DNA of 64,000 nucleotides, taken from positions 248,001 through 312,000 of the forward strand of contig QPGO01000091.1 in the NCBI GenBank assembly GCA_008632985.1, given 5' to 3'. Positions within the stretch are counted from its first letter, which is position 1. Every line of letters begins with the position of its first letter. The DNA is from Psammoneis japonica (lineage: Eukaryota). This document shows, in pieces, positions 24,203 through 36,149 of this stretch. The notes below the pieces were generated by a model. The model saw only the letters and a program-made list of their open reading frames with translations. It ran no database searches and was not told the origin of the DNA. The position numbers were made by a program, and so were the translations under genes.

Positions 24203-25420
24203 ACATCTTTCCAGTGACTCAGCTTTCCAACAACAACCCATTTGCAGTTGACAGTGTTGCCAAAGGAAGCTGAGCTGAAGCACCTTGATGGTGTCTTGCC
24301 ACCAGAGCATCTTTTGGCACAGCACTTGGCAAATCCATTCATGAGAAATTGAGAATCTGGATGATTGACAGTGTGGTTCTGTCAAATGCATTGTGCACCA
24401 AAATTGTTCTCACAATGTTGATGCCCAGCAAATCTTTCTCATCTCCTTCCACCATGATGTGTCCAGCTTTGCCTCTTTGCTGAGCTCCTTGATCACCTTG
24501 TTTGTTCCATCTTTGTCAAGGCTGGCAACAGCAGATGTCATTGGCATGTGAGAGATGAGGCATCTTTCCATTGTGGAAACTCATGCCAATTTCTGGTTGC
24601 CATTGGGGTCCTCAAATGCACAGAGCACCTTTGGCACCAACAAGACTTTAGATTGGTCTTGCCGAACCACAAAGCTCAACAATGCAAGCTTTCACTTTTG
24701 CTTCATCAGTCTTGTTGCTGAAATTTTGTTGACCAGCCACCACTTGTTCAACACTTTGCTGGCTTGTTTTCTTGGGGGATGTTCACATTTCAACAGAGCT
24801 TTGTTGTTGCTTGTGTCATCACTTCCTTTGGCCTGCTCACCAGCTGGCTTTTGCACCCTGATCCATTCACCCCCCTTGACACACTGACTCCACTTTGTGA
24901 CCCCCTCAAACTCACCCTCTGAGGTCCTTCCAGAGATTGAGTTGCAAGCCAGCACTGCCTCCTGTCTCTTTTGGCACATTTGGAAGAGCTTCCAGTTGCC
25001 CTGACTTTTCATCAACAGTTTGGTTGCTCTGACATTGTGACCAAGAGGCCAAACAATTCACCACTGGCAATGAACCTGTTTGGAGGGGGGAGAGATCAAA
25101 CTTCTTGGCTTGCAACATTGGCAACTCAACCCCATGATTGCCAGCGGGCATGACCCAAGAAGAAGTTTGCAAAAGGAGCACCTCTCTTTCACCTTTTTGG
25201 ACATTTTTGAAGCACAATTCTTCACAACTGAAATCACAAAGTTCTGCACTTCTTTGTCATCTTGTTCTTTGTGACTGTCAGAAAGTCCAACCCTTTGCAA
25301 CCCTTGGGAACACAAGCCATCAATCTCCAGAGCCACACCATCTTTCTAATCTGATTCAATGGCTTCTCTTAAACCGGAAAAAATTGGCAAAGTTTGCCTC
25401 CCAATCATGTGCAACACTGT
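22420..25420. repeat. Older, more diverged internal repeat unit of the A element
   Basis: Shared blocks recur, e.g. GGACATTTTTGAAGCACAA(C/T)TCTTCACAACTGAAATCACAAAG at about 12602, 21539 and 25199; AAATTGGCAAAGTTTGCCTCCCAATCATG at about 13296, 22240 and 25381; GCTGCAGCAGCCTGCTCAAAACATGGTGTGTG at about 10422, 13981, 19361 and 22925. Confidence 0.75.
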
Positions 25421-27628
25421 GAACTTTTTTTCATTCTTGAGCAAGGAGCAAGCATGGAACAAATGCAAGAAATCATGTGACAGAGTGGGTTTGCTTGCAC
25501 GTGCACATTTCTCTTGTCTGTTGTCTGGCATGGATGCTGTCCACAGCACACCCAAGAAATGCCACCCCATGCATTTCCCCCATGTTCCCTTTTGAAGCTG
25601 CTTGGAGCAGTTGGGTGCTGTCACAAAAGGCAGCACATGCAGGTTTTGGGGTGTTCCTCAGTTGTTTGCTGTTTGGAAGTGAACCCAGCCAAAACTTTGG
25701 CTCAATCGATGTGTCGATTGCCCTCCATTGCTCTCCAACTCTGCTTCCTGTTGTGTCCAATGCACTCTCAGTCGAGCACTCTGGTTGGTTGTGGCACAGG
25801 CCACAAGCACCAGACCTCAAGCCAGAGCTCCCGTTCCAGAACCCGGAGTTGGAACTCTGGCTGAAGAGCCGTGCAAAGGGTGGGCAGCGTGGGCTGCAAG
25901 CAAAACTTGCTCTCTCTTCTCATCAACGTGTGGCGCAACATTGACAAAGAAAAGGGGTGAGCTTGCTGCTGCTCAAGTGGTGCTTGTAGACTTGCGCGCT
26001 GCTTGCAGATCACGAAAACAACCCCCCACTTGTGCAGAGGGGAGGCACAGACCACTGTCTCTCATTGGTCTCCGATCTGCACCAAAGGCAAAGGCTCCAA
26101 TGGGCAGGTCATGTCTGCCATGCTCTGGTCATTGGCAACACCCACAACAGTTGTCAGACTGTGCTTTGCCAAGAGCGGGGCCACATTCAACTCTCCAAGC
26201 CCATCAAAAAGTGGCAGGCAAAGATGGCAATTTGATCAGGGCTGATTTCCCTCACCTGTCAGTCAGCACTCAAAAAAGCTGAGCCAAAACCTTTCATCTA
26301 ACCTGCACAGTTTCTTGAGCTCATTGAAGTCCATTTCTCATTTTTCCTCAGTTGACATCAGCTCAGTCACCAACTCCTCCATCAGAGACTTGATGTTGCT
26401 GTTTTCCTCTGAAAGGCAACTGTGCCGCCACAGAAAACCAGCACAGAACAGGTTCTCACAGTCTTTTTCTTCCTTCTTGTGTGCTCTCCATTGAAGGGAG
26501 AAGCTCTGCAGCTCAAAGAAAGGTCTTCAAAACTGCCCAAAGTGGCCTCAGTTTGCAGTTGACAAATGATCTGATGCCTCAAAAATGTTGCAAGCAGAAG
26601 GTGCAACATCTGCAAACATTGAAGCAACTCCTCTTTGTTTTGCAACACGGGCAAAATGCCTTGAAAGCAACATCTGACAAACCAGTTTCTTCAGCCATGC
26701 ACACAATGAGGCTCTGTTCCATGAATTTTTCTACAATCTTGTGGTTGCACTGCACAAAATGAAGATGTCTGGGACCAGATTAAGAGTCAGGAACACTTCT
26801 TCCAGCCTCGCAAAATCACGCAGTGTTGCACAAATGTTCTCACCCCACTCTTCCAAAACTTTGTCAAAAAAGCCATTGTGCTCCCCTTCCCCAGTGATCT
26901 GGGCACCACAAAGAGCTTCTGCATCATGACATTTTTCATTCTGAGCAGCTTCCTCAATGGATTGGAGAACACAACCTTGTCCCAACAAGAAAACACTTTT
27001 CTCGCAATGGGAGCTGCTGTCCACCCATGTGTTGCTGTTTTCTGCAAAACCTTTTGCAAGACTTGTGATGTTCCCCACAAACCACTCATGATGGATTTGC
27101 AAAGAATGCAAACAAGAGTTTGTCTCTGTTTTGCCAGCTCCAGAGCCACGCCAGTTTCCCCAGTTCCCCATGCAAATGGCGGACACAGGTTTGTTCCTGT
27201 CATGCACCAGGTCCAATGAATTGGCAATGAGTTCTTGCAACTCCTTCTCCAAGAGATCATCCACTGCATGATTGGATTTGAGAGGTTTGAGAATGGCTGC
27301 CAATCAAATCACGCCGCTTTGGGCTGGTCAGGACAGCTTGCGCCGTGGTGGCCCAGTTGCTGTGGGAGCACCTTCTGCCACTTGTTTTTGTTGTCATCAA
27401 TCTGCTTGCAGCAGGCAAGCTGAACATGTGATGTTGCCATTAACCGAGGATCTTTCAGTGTCGCTGTTTCATTTGGGTGCCCATTTCACCTTGTCCTCGT
27501 TGTCAGGGATTTCCGAAAGTGCCTGTTTGAAGCCAACCCTCAGTTTTCTTCTTCCATTGATCATTCTCTTGTGATGAACTGTCTTCTGATTCCATGGATC
27601 TGCTCTCGTCTGACGAAGCAGTCGTCAT
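25420..27628 (-). pseudogene. Decayed gene of unknown function inside the hypermutated block
   Basis: ATG at 27628 (MTTASSDESRSMESEDSSSQEND...), then a broken frame including a 190-aa Tyr-free stretch with a P-loop-like GSGAGKTET. Confidence 0.35.
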
Positions 27629-28043
27629 TCGTCTGATTGAAAAAGAGGGAAACAGAACAACTGGGGACTTAAGACCAAAGAAAAATCCAAAATGATGGCG
27701 GCGAAATGGCCACGCTCGCTCCGACTCCTCACGATGGAGAGTGCGCTCGCTCCACTCTCCACCCGCGCGCGCTCGGCGCTCAGACGAACAATGGCACATG
27801 CGCTGCTGCTGCAAAAACAACTGACGGGAGATCGTTGGATTGCCAACCTTGGACGCCTGTTGAATGTCTAATAGGAGGGCTCTTTTTTACCATGCCATCT
27901 ATCTTAGGATACTGCAGCGAATAGAAACGAGACACCGGCAGCTAGTAGCTAGATAGCACGCCAGCGAAAGCGATCAGGCAGAGCACTTCTCTTTCTCCTC
28001 TTCAAGATACGAACTCGTGTGCAGAGAGAGCGATTCCGCTGAC

Positions 28044-29019
28044 ATGACAAGCCCTTCAGAGTACTTGGTGGGTGCCACCATTGGAGAGGGCTCATTCGGT
28101 CGAGTGGTACATGCACGGCACAAGGCTTCTCGAGGGATGTAGCAATAAAAGTGGTGGAGAAAGTTAGCCTAAGAAGTTTCCTCATCTTTACGACAGCGTG
28201 TGGAAAGAACGAACGCTTTTATCAAAATGGGATTCCGAGTACGTGGTGAAGTTATGGGCGTCCTTTCATGATTCAGAGTGCCTCTATCTTGTGATGGAGT
28301 GCGAAATGGGAGGAGACTTGACGCGTCTTATAAGAGACGGCAGAGAGACGAATCTGGAGCAATGGTTGGCATCGATTCCACAATATGGATTGCAGCTTTT
28401 AGCTGCATTAGAGTTTGTGCATTCTCAGGGTGTGATACATGCCGATGTGAAACCCGACAATATCTTGTTGTCTACTCGCGGCCGAATAAAGTTGGCCGAT
28501 TTTGGATCGGCGGTTGTCCTCGGTGAAACGAGAAAGCAGGAGCAACAGCATCCGATGGGCACGTCGGACTTTGCTAGCCCCGAGGTGTTGAGGGCGTCCA
28601 GCAATTTGTCCTTTGCGGTAGATTTATGGTCGCTTGGCTGTATCTTCTATGCCATGATTGTGGGCCAGTCGCCATTTCACGCGCAAAGTGATGATTTAGC
28701 GGTTCGGGCGTTGCTGAACTACGTCGACTCCAACAATGCAGATGATAACGTTATACGGAAGAATGTGAACGATGAAACATGGCAGAGATTGATACTTGGC
28801 TTGCTATGCCCTGAGCCTTCTCAAAGAACCGGAGTATCCGACATTGGGGTTTCTGGGCATAAGGTCGAATATGCGTCCATTAGATCATTCGATATCTGGA
28901 GGGATGTGGTACTTTCGTTAGAGCCTCAGTTCGTGCCATCTACACAAGAGTGGGGCAGCAAGACACAGGATTCTGAAATGAGAGATGGAGACGTAGGCTG
29001 GAGTGCGTTCTTGCTTTGA
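28044..29019 (+). CDS. Ser/Thr protein kinase, AGC group (PDK1-like); two apparent single-base frameshifts near 28130 and 28172
   Basis: MTSPSEYLVGATIGEGSFGRVVHARHK / DVAIKVVEK / ...IHADVKPDNILL...KLADFGSA...GTSDFASPE...DLWSLGC; all kinase subdomains present. Confidence 0.85.
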
Positions 29020-30853
29020 TGCTCGTCTCTCTTTCACATCCGTGAAATGTCTGTGATCGCTGCCTGTCATGTTCAATGTGCCTTCGCCGTGTGTCCGTCA
29101 CCGACACCGACCTTTTGCCATCTGTTTGTTTTAAATATGGTGGGAAACAACAGCCAAATCCAGGATCCAAAGCCGATGCGACAAGACTGATACAATCAAT
29201 TGGATCCCACCGACTTGAATGTGAAAATACTATGTCGAACCTCTGCTGTTGCGGGGGTCGATATGCCAACGCATGAGATGCGGATCACTCCTTGCCGAGA
29301 GTGCCAGCTGTAATTCAATTCAAAGCAAACGCTACTCGAGTATTCAAGAGCTTTGTACAAGAAGATATCGTGTTGCAGTATCGCTGACTGGTCCGTCGTT
29401 GAAAGGCCGCGCTGTAAAAGTTGCTCGGGTTGCGGGCGAGATGTTTGAAAATGTGGCTGGAAACTGCCGTCTTTGTGGGCGCGTGAGATTCCTCTAAAGT
29501 ACCTTTTATTGAGACATGATAGATCCACACGTATAAGTTGTTTTTGTGCTCAGCGTATGATGAAAAGGAAGCATCACAATGTTGTTTGGTTATTTTCCGA
29601 TTTCTTTGCTTCGATGACCACCCTTATTTGTGCGTTCGTCGATTTCACCACTTTCTTCGTCAAGAATTTGCCATGTCATTACATGCTGTTAAAAGATCAA
29701 ATTATAGCATGCCGCTGTGAAGCTTTTGAAAAGACCTTTGGCTGCACTATTGTGCTGAGGATGTTGATCTTGTTTCAATCAACCAACAAATTTGTCTGTT
29801 CCTGAAGGATCTGCATGAGCAAGCTTGTTGGGCAGCACTCATCTGCACCCAATGTTGTCCATTTGACACACACAGCACACACAAATGTGTGTCAGCAAAA
29901 GGTTGCCACTGGAGGGTCACATGACCAACTGGCGATGAGGCACAATGATCATTGCAGCCTTTTGTCAAGTCTTTTTAGCTGGGTCTTGCACTGCAAATGC
30001 AGTCAACAGCACATGGCTGGCCCATTCCCCTCAATCATTTCCATGGAACCAAACAGCTCTGAATTTTCATTTTTTGAGTTGTGCTGACAACAGGAGAAAA
30101 GAGTGTTTTGCATGCTCACACAGCAACAATGTTCTCCTTGAATGATTTTTTCAAGACCCAGGAATGTTTGATCATGCCAAAAGTTCTCCTCTCTTGAGAC
30201 ATGGACTGAGCATTTGGAAAAATGCAAATTTTGTCAACTGGAAAAGCTTGCTTGTTGTCTGGCAGCTGATCCAGAAAGTCTGCACACCAGTGGGTTGTGA
30301 AAAACTGCCAAGTGGTTGAGAGCTGTTGACATGAGTCCTCTGGAGAGAATGATCTGTGGGTGAAGGGGGGAGCACACCCAGAAAACAAAGTTTGGTGCAA
30401 GCTGAGCAGCTCAAAACAAATCTTTGATTTGTCCCTTCTTTCAGCCAGATGAACAGGAAGCATTGAGAGGGCTTGCAAATGGATTGCAAGGGACAACTCA
30501 AGCTTCAGCTTGGTTGCTTCTGGCTGTCAGTCAGTTTGACCACTGGGCACATCCATGCTGCTGCTTTGTCAGCACATCAATGAAACAAGCACTCTGAATT
30601 AAGGAGCATTCAGTGAAAAAAATCCTTCATTCTCAAATCTGTTCATCAGCTGCTTTGCTGGGTGGTGAGAAAGCTGAAAAAACCAGATTTTGCATGTGCC
30701 ATGGGCACTCCTGTCATGAGTCAGACACAGCCAAACATTGAGCTTTTGTGCACACACCAGCTGTGCCAAGTTTTATGTTGGAAATGTGCACCACCTGTTG
30801 CTCACAACTCCAATCTCAATGGCAGTTTCACAAATTCAGCTCTTTCCTGCTGT

Positions 30854-31096
30854 GCCAGTCTCATTTTGTTTGTGTCAAATGCCCAGCACTGAAAATCATG
30901 TCCAGCACTGTTTGAAGCTGTTTTGCTGGACTTTTTTGGCAGTTTTGGATGAAAGGCATGTCACACAACAATTGAGCCAGCCTCATTTTGTTTGTGTCAA
31001 ATGTTCAGCACTGAAAATCATGCCCAGCACTGTTTGAAGCTGTTTTGCCAGATTTTTTTGGCTGTTGCACAAAAGGCATGTCACGCGACAATTGAC
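30854..31096 (+). repeat. Two-copy tandem repeat, period 122 bp
   Basis: GCCAG(T/C)CTCATTTTGTTTGTGTCAAATG...CAGCACTGAAAATCATG.CCAGCACTGTTTGAAGCTGTTTTGC at 30854 and 30976. Confidence 0.85.
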
Positions 31097-31208
31097 AATG
31101 TCGCTGTGAGTGAAGGCAAACCCTCCTGCACAGCATGCACACAAGTTGGGGCACCCAGCCATGCACTCACTGAGAGTGATCCACTGGGGCAGAGGGCGGT
31201 GTCTCATC

Positions 31209-31587
31209 TGCACTGTGCTCGAAGAACGAGTGTGAACGAAAGCAGAATCAAGTGTGAAAAGTGAAAATTGTGAGATTTGTTTCTGCTCAATCATTTTGGG
31301 TTTCTCTGAATGGGTTCTCAATGGCCCAAAGCATTTGCACTGTTCCTGCAGACAAGAGGCCTTTCGGAGAATGAGATCGTGACAACAGATTGTCCGGATG
31401 CGATTGACATTGACACACAAGATGTCAACATCATCGCACGATCGCATTTGCCATTTTCGACATCCGATCAATTCTGTGTGATTGATCTGTCCTTCGTACA
31501 AACCCACAATTGATGCATGATTGGAGCACAAATTCATTTAATGTCTTTATGTGTGCATGTGTGATGTGCACAACAACGCACATTGCA
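31209..31587 (-). mobile_element. Solo LTR (379 bp) of the Ty3/Gypsy family found at 44193-47300
   Basis: Homologous end to end with 44193-44575; TG...CA ends with a 9/10 terminal inverted repeat (TGCAATGTGC / TGCACTGTGC); 4-bp target-site duplication CATC at 31205-31208 and 31588-31591. Confidence 0.85.
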
Positions 31588-32720
31588 CATCTGTGGTCGA
31601 AGCAGGAGACAACGCTGTGTTCAATGACGAGAGTTTCTCTCGCCAGGAGGTGGAGGGCACCTTCTTTGATCAGGTGCCATCGGCAGGGGCCATTGTGGAG
31701 GGTGTTTGTTGCATTCAAAGACACACCAGCCATGCACAAGGCAGTGTTGGTGTTGGCACTTCGCTGGTGCACCTCACGCAAGGTTGTTGCGCAAGCAGAT
31801 GCATGCCACGCCACACGCAAAACATCGGCGGATGAAACCAAAGAAAGTGACAAGATGAATGACAATGAAAATGCCATTCACATTGACAGAGCGAAGGTGT
31901 TTACGTTGAAAACACTCGCCGCCGGTGTCGACAATGACGTGCTGAAGGAGTTGTGTTGTTTCACTGTGTGGTTCATGGGCCCCGCTTGCTTGCAGCAAAA
32001 GCACAGCTCATGACCTGAGAGTGAGCCACTGTCTGCATGGGAATTGCCCACTCACTGAGACTCACAAACAACAAATGTGTTAAAAAGCCTGGCTGCAAAC
32101 AGCGTGCACCGGCACCCAAACACTTCTTTTTTGTCGCACACATGTTTCTCTGCAAGCAGGGATGAGTGGCACACAAGCAGCTGCCACAATGGTTGCCAGC
32201 ACCAGCACTGGCATCTCCCCATGCTTCACCGTGTTGTTGTCCGTGGGAGATGGAAAGCACCACACCCCTTTCTGCAGTGCTTGACCTTGGATGCACAATC
32301 TCATTGTGGGAGGACGAAGAAGCGTCATGCATGTGCCGCAAGTAACGATGACCGTTAAGTGACCTTGATTTGATGCCATACAAGTCGTGAGAAGTGATTC
32401 AAAAATTGATTCACTTCAGTCATTATAAATGGATTAGCTGGCTTCGACCGTTGCATGCGTGACGTCGATTATTTGATATTTTTTTGGCGGGAGATTCGAT
32501 ATTTGAAATTTTCTGGTGTTCGCGAGAACTCCGATACGAGTTTTGATTGGCTGCCGTCTGGTTTCCGCCACCATTTTTCCTTTCTTCGTGATGACGGTCA
32601 CTTTTCTCCCGCTCCCGTTTAAAAAGTTCTCTGCTTCCCATGCCCATTTGTTCCAATACAAAGCTCTTGTGCGACTCCGTTACTCCATGAATCTCAGTGT
32701 CGCCTCTTACCAGTTCAAAA

Positions 32721-34532
32721 ATGAACAAGAACATGGACAGCAAGAGCAGAAGTGGTAAGGCTGGCAAGCCTGACGGCGATTCTCTCATGGCGATGCAGGC
32801 ACTGCTCACGATTCGGAAAGACAGTACCGCCGACAGCGAATCATCCGGATCAATCACAGCAGGCGCCTCTCCTCATGTAGAATCACCGACCTTAGCTATG
32901 CTTAATTCTGGCACTGATGCATCCATTCTTCTTGAGGCTGCACCCAATGCGAGTCAACCTCGTGCTTCCGTCAAAGCCCATGACTCCGAGGCTCATACCA
33001 ATCCATCCGGATCCGTGTTTTCTTCAGCAGTGGAACCCAATGTTGGGAACCCTTTTGTCTTGCCCGGTCACGTACCCATTGGATATGGGACGACCATATT
33101 TCATCAACATGGTTTTCATGCGCCTTCTCAAGCGCAGCAACCGGGATACGGCGCATTGTTCCCGATGGTGATGCCTCGGGAAGGCTCAGTGACTCCATCA
33201 CCAACTCTGGCATCAGTAGAGGCGCCCATACCAGGTACAATGACATCTCAGAATCTAGTAAGCTCATCCGAAGGCAAGGTCCAAAGCATTCAACAGCAAA
33301 AGGTAGAAGCAGGAGTAGAACCACCGCAAGCCGTTGTTAGGAAAGGAGAGATTGAAGCTGCGCTCCGGTCCAAACCTCAACGAGGACGGAAGCGAGAGAA
33401 TCTCAGCGCAGAGGAACGTCTTGAGCTTACGAGAACTCGGAATCGAGAGCACGCAAAGAGCACGAGGTGAGTTGCTACCTTCAATACTTTTGAGTTTTCA
33501 TGTGTATCAATCCAAATACATTCTCAAAACCTGTTTTGTTATCGTATCACCCAGAATTAAGAAGAAGGCTAGATTTCATGAGCTCGTTGAGAAGGAGAAA
33601 CAGTTCAACGAGATCGTCAAGCTACGAGATTTGGCATTTCAGCGTCAACAGTGCATCACGAGCTTTATCTCGTTCAGATCCACCATGCTCAAGAGTCTCT
33701 GTGTGTCACTAGCACACGGTACAGCACATCAAGACGTTACTTCGGTTGTAGACCGTAATGCCAAGACTGGTGCTGAGGCCAAGAGAGTAGTCAGTTTTGC
33801 TGTCGGACTGAATCAGCTTAGCCAGGAACCGACCCAAAACACAACCGTTGATGTCTTTTCGAGCTCTAGCAGTGGTGGTCCGAACCTTGTAGATATGTTC
33901 TTCAGCGTAGAAAACTTTCAGTGTGCCCCGATGGGAGCTTCGAAGGTACATTCTGAAGCGGTGAGTACGGTTATGCTTTGTTGTTCTACACTACCTAGGA
34001 GGGTCGTTCTGAACCTTCGTTCTGCTTTGTTACTTATCAACAGGACGCATCTGCACATGGCGTGGCCGCTATGCATCAGATGGACAGGGACCTTCTTTCC
34101 CGTGTGAAAACGGACCTTGGAACCGACGTTGTTCCGTCGCTCCATTATAGATTGAAGTTCCCGGGCGATGGTGTGGTGGTAAATCACCAGGGTACCGGAT
34201 TTTCGGAGGTGGACGTGATTCTAAAAGGCGGTGGAGGAAGTGAAAGCGTCGTGAAGACCCTTGTGTTCAAGTTTCAGTTTGCGTCTGACTCGAACAAACT
34301 CTTGTCTGTTAGATGGGGAGAGCTGCATGTGAACAACTCGGAAGCTCTTCCGGAGGATGATGCAAAGTACTCGTCCTCGACGTCCTCAGAGGAGTCCTCG
34401 CTGGGATGCCAAACGTCGCATCCCAGCGTGGTGTCCTTGGACCAGGGAGCATCTACCGCTGGGGAGAACAGTGGTGAGAAGGGAGGACGCAAGGAATCCG
34501 CGGGAACGAACGGACTCGGCATGCCCATCTAA
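32721..34532 (+). CDS. bZIP transcription factor (diatom type); introns 33467-33554 and 33961-34043
   Basis: LRSKPQRGRKRENLSAEERLELTRTRNREHAKSTR|IKKKARFHELVEKEKQF basic region restored by GT-AG splicing. Confidence 0.85.
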
Positions 34533-34679
34533 TGCTGGGTTCCTCCTTTATACTTATGTTTGTGAAGTTTGATAGATAGAGGTGCGCAATTCTTTCTTGG
34601 GTGGGGAGAAGGGGCTGCTGTGTTATAGATGATAGAGATAATAGAGATTGTTGTACGTGAACAGTCGACTATTTGTGGT

Positions 34680-35723
34680 CTATGGTAACTCACGTTCATC
34701 ACTTTGACACTCCATGGCAGTATGACCAACTCTACGACACGAATGGCAATGCTCATGGTCAAAAGGGCACCCGTCATCTTTTTTCTTACACCCGTACCGA
34801 TGATAGTTGTGATATCGGCAAATGGGGGTTTCGTTGTCAGCGGGAGACAGGACCATTGGAGCTTGCAGCGGATGAGATGGCATAATGGGCCCCCTCGGCT
34901 TTCTACACGAACCTAGCTTTTCTATGAACCACTCATGTGCATTCAAAATACAACCGCTGTCTTGCAAAAGTCTATCGCTGTTTGCGGCAACGTGCTGAGC
35001 CAGCTCTCGACTCTTGACTACAGCTAGCCGCGGTGAAAAGGATTGAAGTACCCATGCAATCATTTGTAAAACACTTGACAAATCTCTGTTTCCACCAATA
35101 TCTATAAACACCACACTAGGACCGTCATTGCAAAATGTATTGGCACACTTAATTGCTTGAGCACTAGCCACAAAAGGGTCCAGCTTGACTGCTATTGTTC
35201 TATCGGTTGTATCATGCAGAGAAAGCTTGGTGGTGCACTTCAGAATCATTTCGGATGACGTATCAAATCCGACCCAAGATGAAGCATATCGTGCCATTAC
35301 GGCGGAAGCTTCCCCAGTCGAGCACCCTATTTCCAAAACATGATCATTTTGGTCACACAACTGTGACGCCGCTAGATGTCGATACGGCGCGGTTTCCGCC
35401 GTCACAACGACCAAAACGTTGTGCTCTTTCTGACTGTTCTCGCTGGGGTAGAAAACAGGAATTACACGATTTCTTGCAAGAGACTTTTCCCACTCTCGAT
35501 CTTTTCCAGCAGCCTCGTCTTTAATCTCGCTCTCCATCTCCATGGATTGCACCAACACGCGAGAACCGCGTGCACACCGCACAACACCTCGACGTCCCCT
35601 TTCTTTTGCTGATTTTGTCCTCACAAAAACGATGTCTCCTTCACGATACTCTTTGGGTTTTGGAGGAGGGAATACGTGCCATTCAGAGCAATTGGTGAGG
35701 CTTGACGGAAGCTCAGTGCTCAT
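34680..35723 (-). CDS. Class I SAM-dependent methyltransferase-like protein with KOW-like N-terminus and C-terminal CCCH and CCHC zinc fingers
   Basis: VLEIGCSTG motif I, VGFD motif II, VFIDIGGNR; C-terminal CRYHNY..GCKK...CPFDH then CHSCRRVGHTAMEC; single 347-aa ORF. Confidence 0.75.
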   Translation of the reverse strand: MSTELPSSLTNCSEWHVFPPPKPKEYREGDIVFVRTKSAKERGRRGVVRCARGSRVLVQSMEMESEIKDEAAGKDREWEKSLARNRVIPVFYPSENSQKEHNVLVVVTAETAPYRHLAASQLCDQNDHVLEIGCSTGEASAVMARYASSWVGFDTSSEMILKCTTKLSLHDTTDRTIAVKLDPFVASAQAIKCANTFCNDGPSVVFIDIGGNRDLSSVLQMIAWVLQSFSPRLAVVKSRELAQHVAANSDRLLQDSGCILNAHEWFIEKLGSCRKPRGPIMPSHPLQAPMVLSPADNETPICRYHNYHRYGCKKKDDGCPFDHEHCHSCRRVGHTAMECQSDERELP

Positions 35724-36149
35724 CTTAAATCTGATGTATTCAGCATGCTGTTTTTTGGGGCATCTCTTCTCTTTTCTCTTTTGCTCCTGTCATTCCGATG
35801 ACGGGCGGACCTCTCTGCGGACAGCAAGCCACAGCGTATTGTAGCCCCGCCCCCTGAATCGATGCACACCGATTCAGACCTCTCGTGCTTTTTCACTGCC
35901 GAGGTTGAATGGGAGTGGCGGCATGAATCTTATGTACAGCGGACACAGAGGATGTTCCCCCCTGAAGGCCAACAAAGAGCCAAGTTCAACCCTCTGGGTG
36001 TTTTCGTTGACTTTGAAATGCTGGAACACTCGGGGGTCATGCTCTGCAGTTTTTGCCCCCCGGACCCATTTCAACACACACCCACATGTCTGCAGAATGC
36101 ATTAAAATGCCAACAGTCCAAATCAAATCATGTTTAGCATCTCAAAATT

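Larger units (their letters stand above)
29750..32340. repeat. Hypermutated block containing a solo LTR and a 122-bp tandem duplication
   Basis: TpA nearly absent; CpG absent in the left part and partly retained on the right. Confidence 0.7.

Noticed and set aside
27140..27175. GSGAGKTET as a myosin P-loop
   Set aside because: No other myosin motor motifs nearby.
29040..29740. Possible minus-strand gene fragment downstream of the kinase
   Set aside because: Only short ORFs with no recognisable motif or convincing splice pattern.
31130..31200. Resemblance to copy A near 10560-10625 (CACAAGTTGGG...GCACTCA)
   Set aside because: Short, and explicable by convergence to TG/CA-rich composition.
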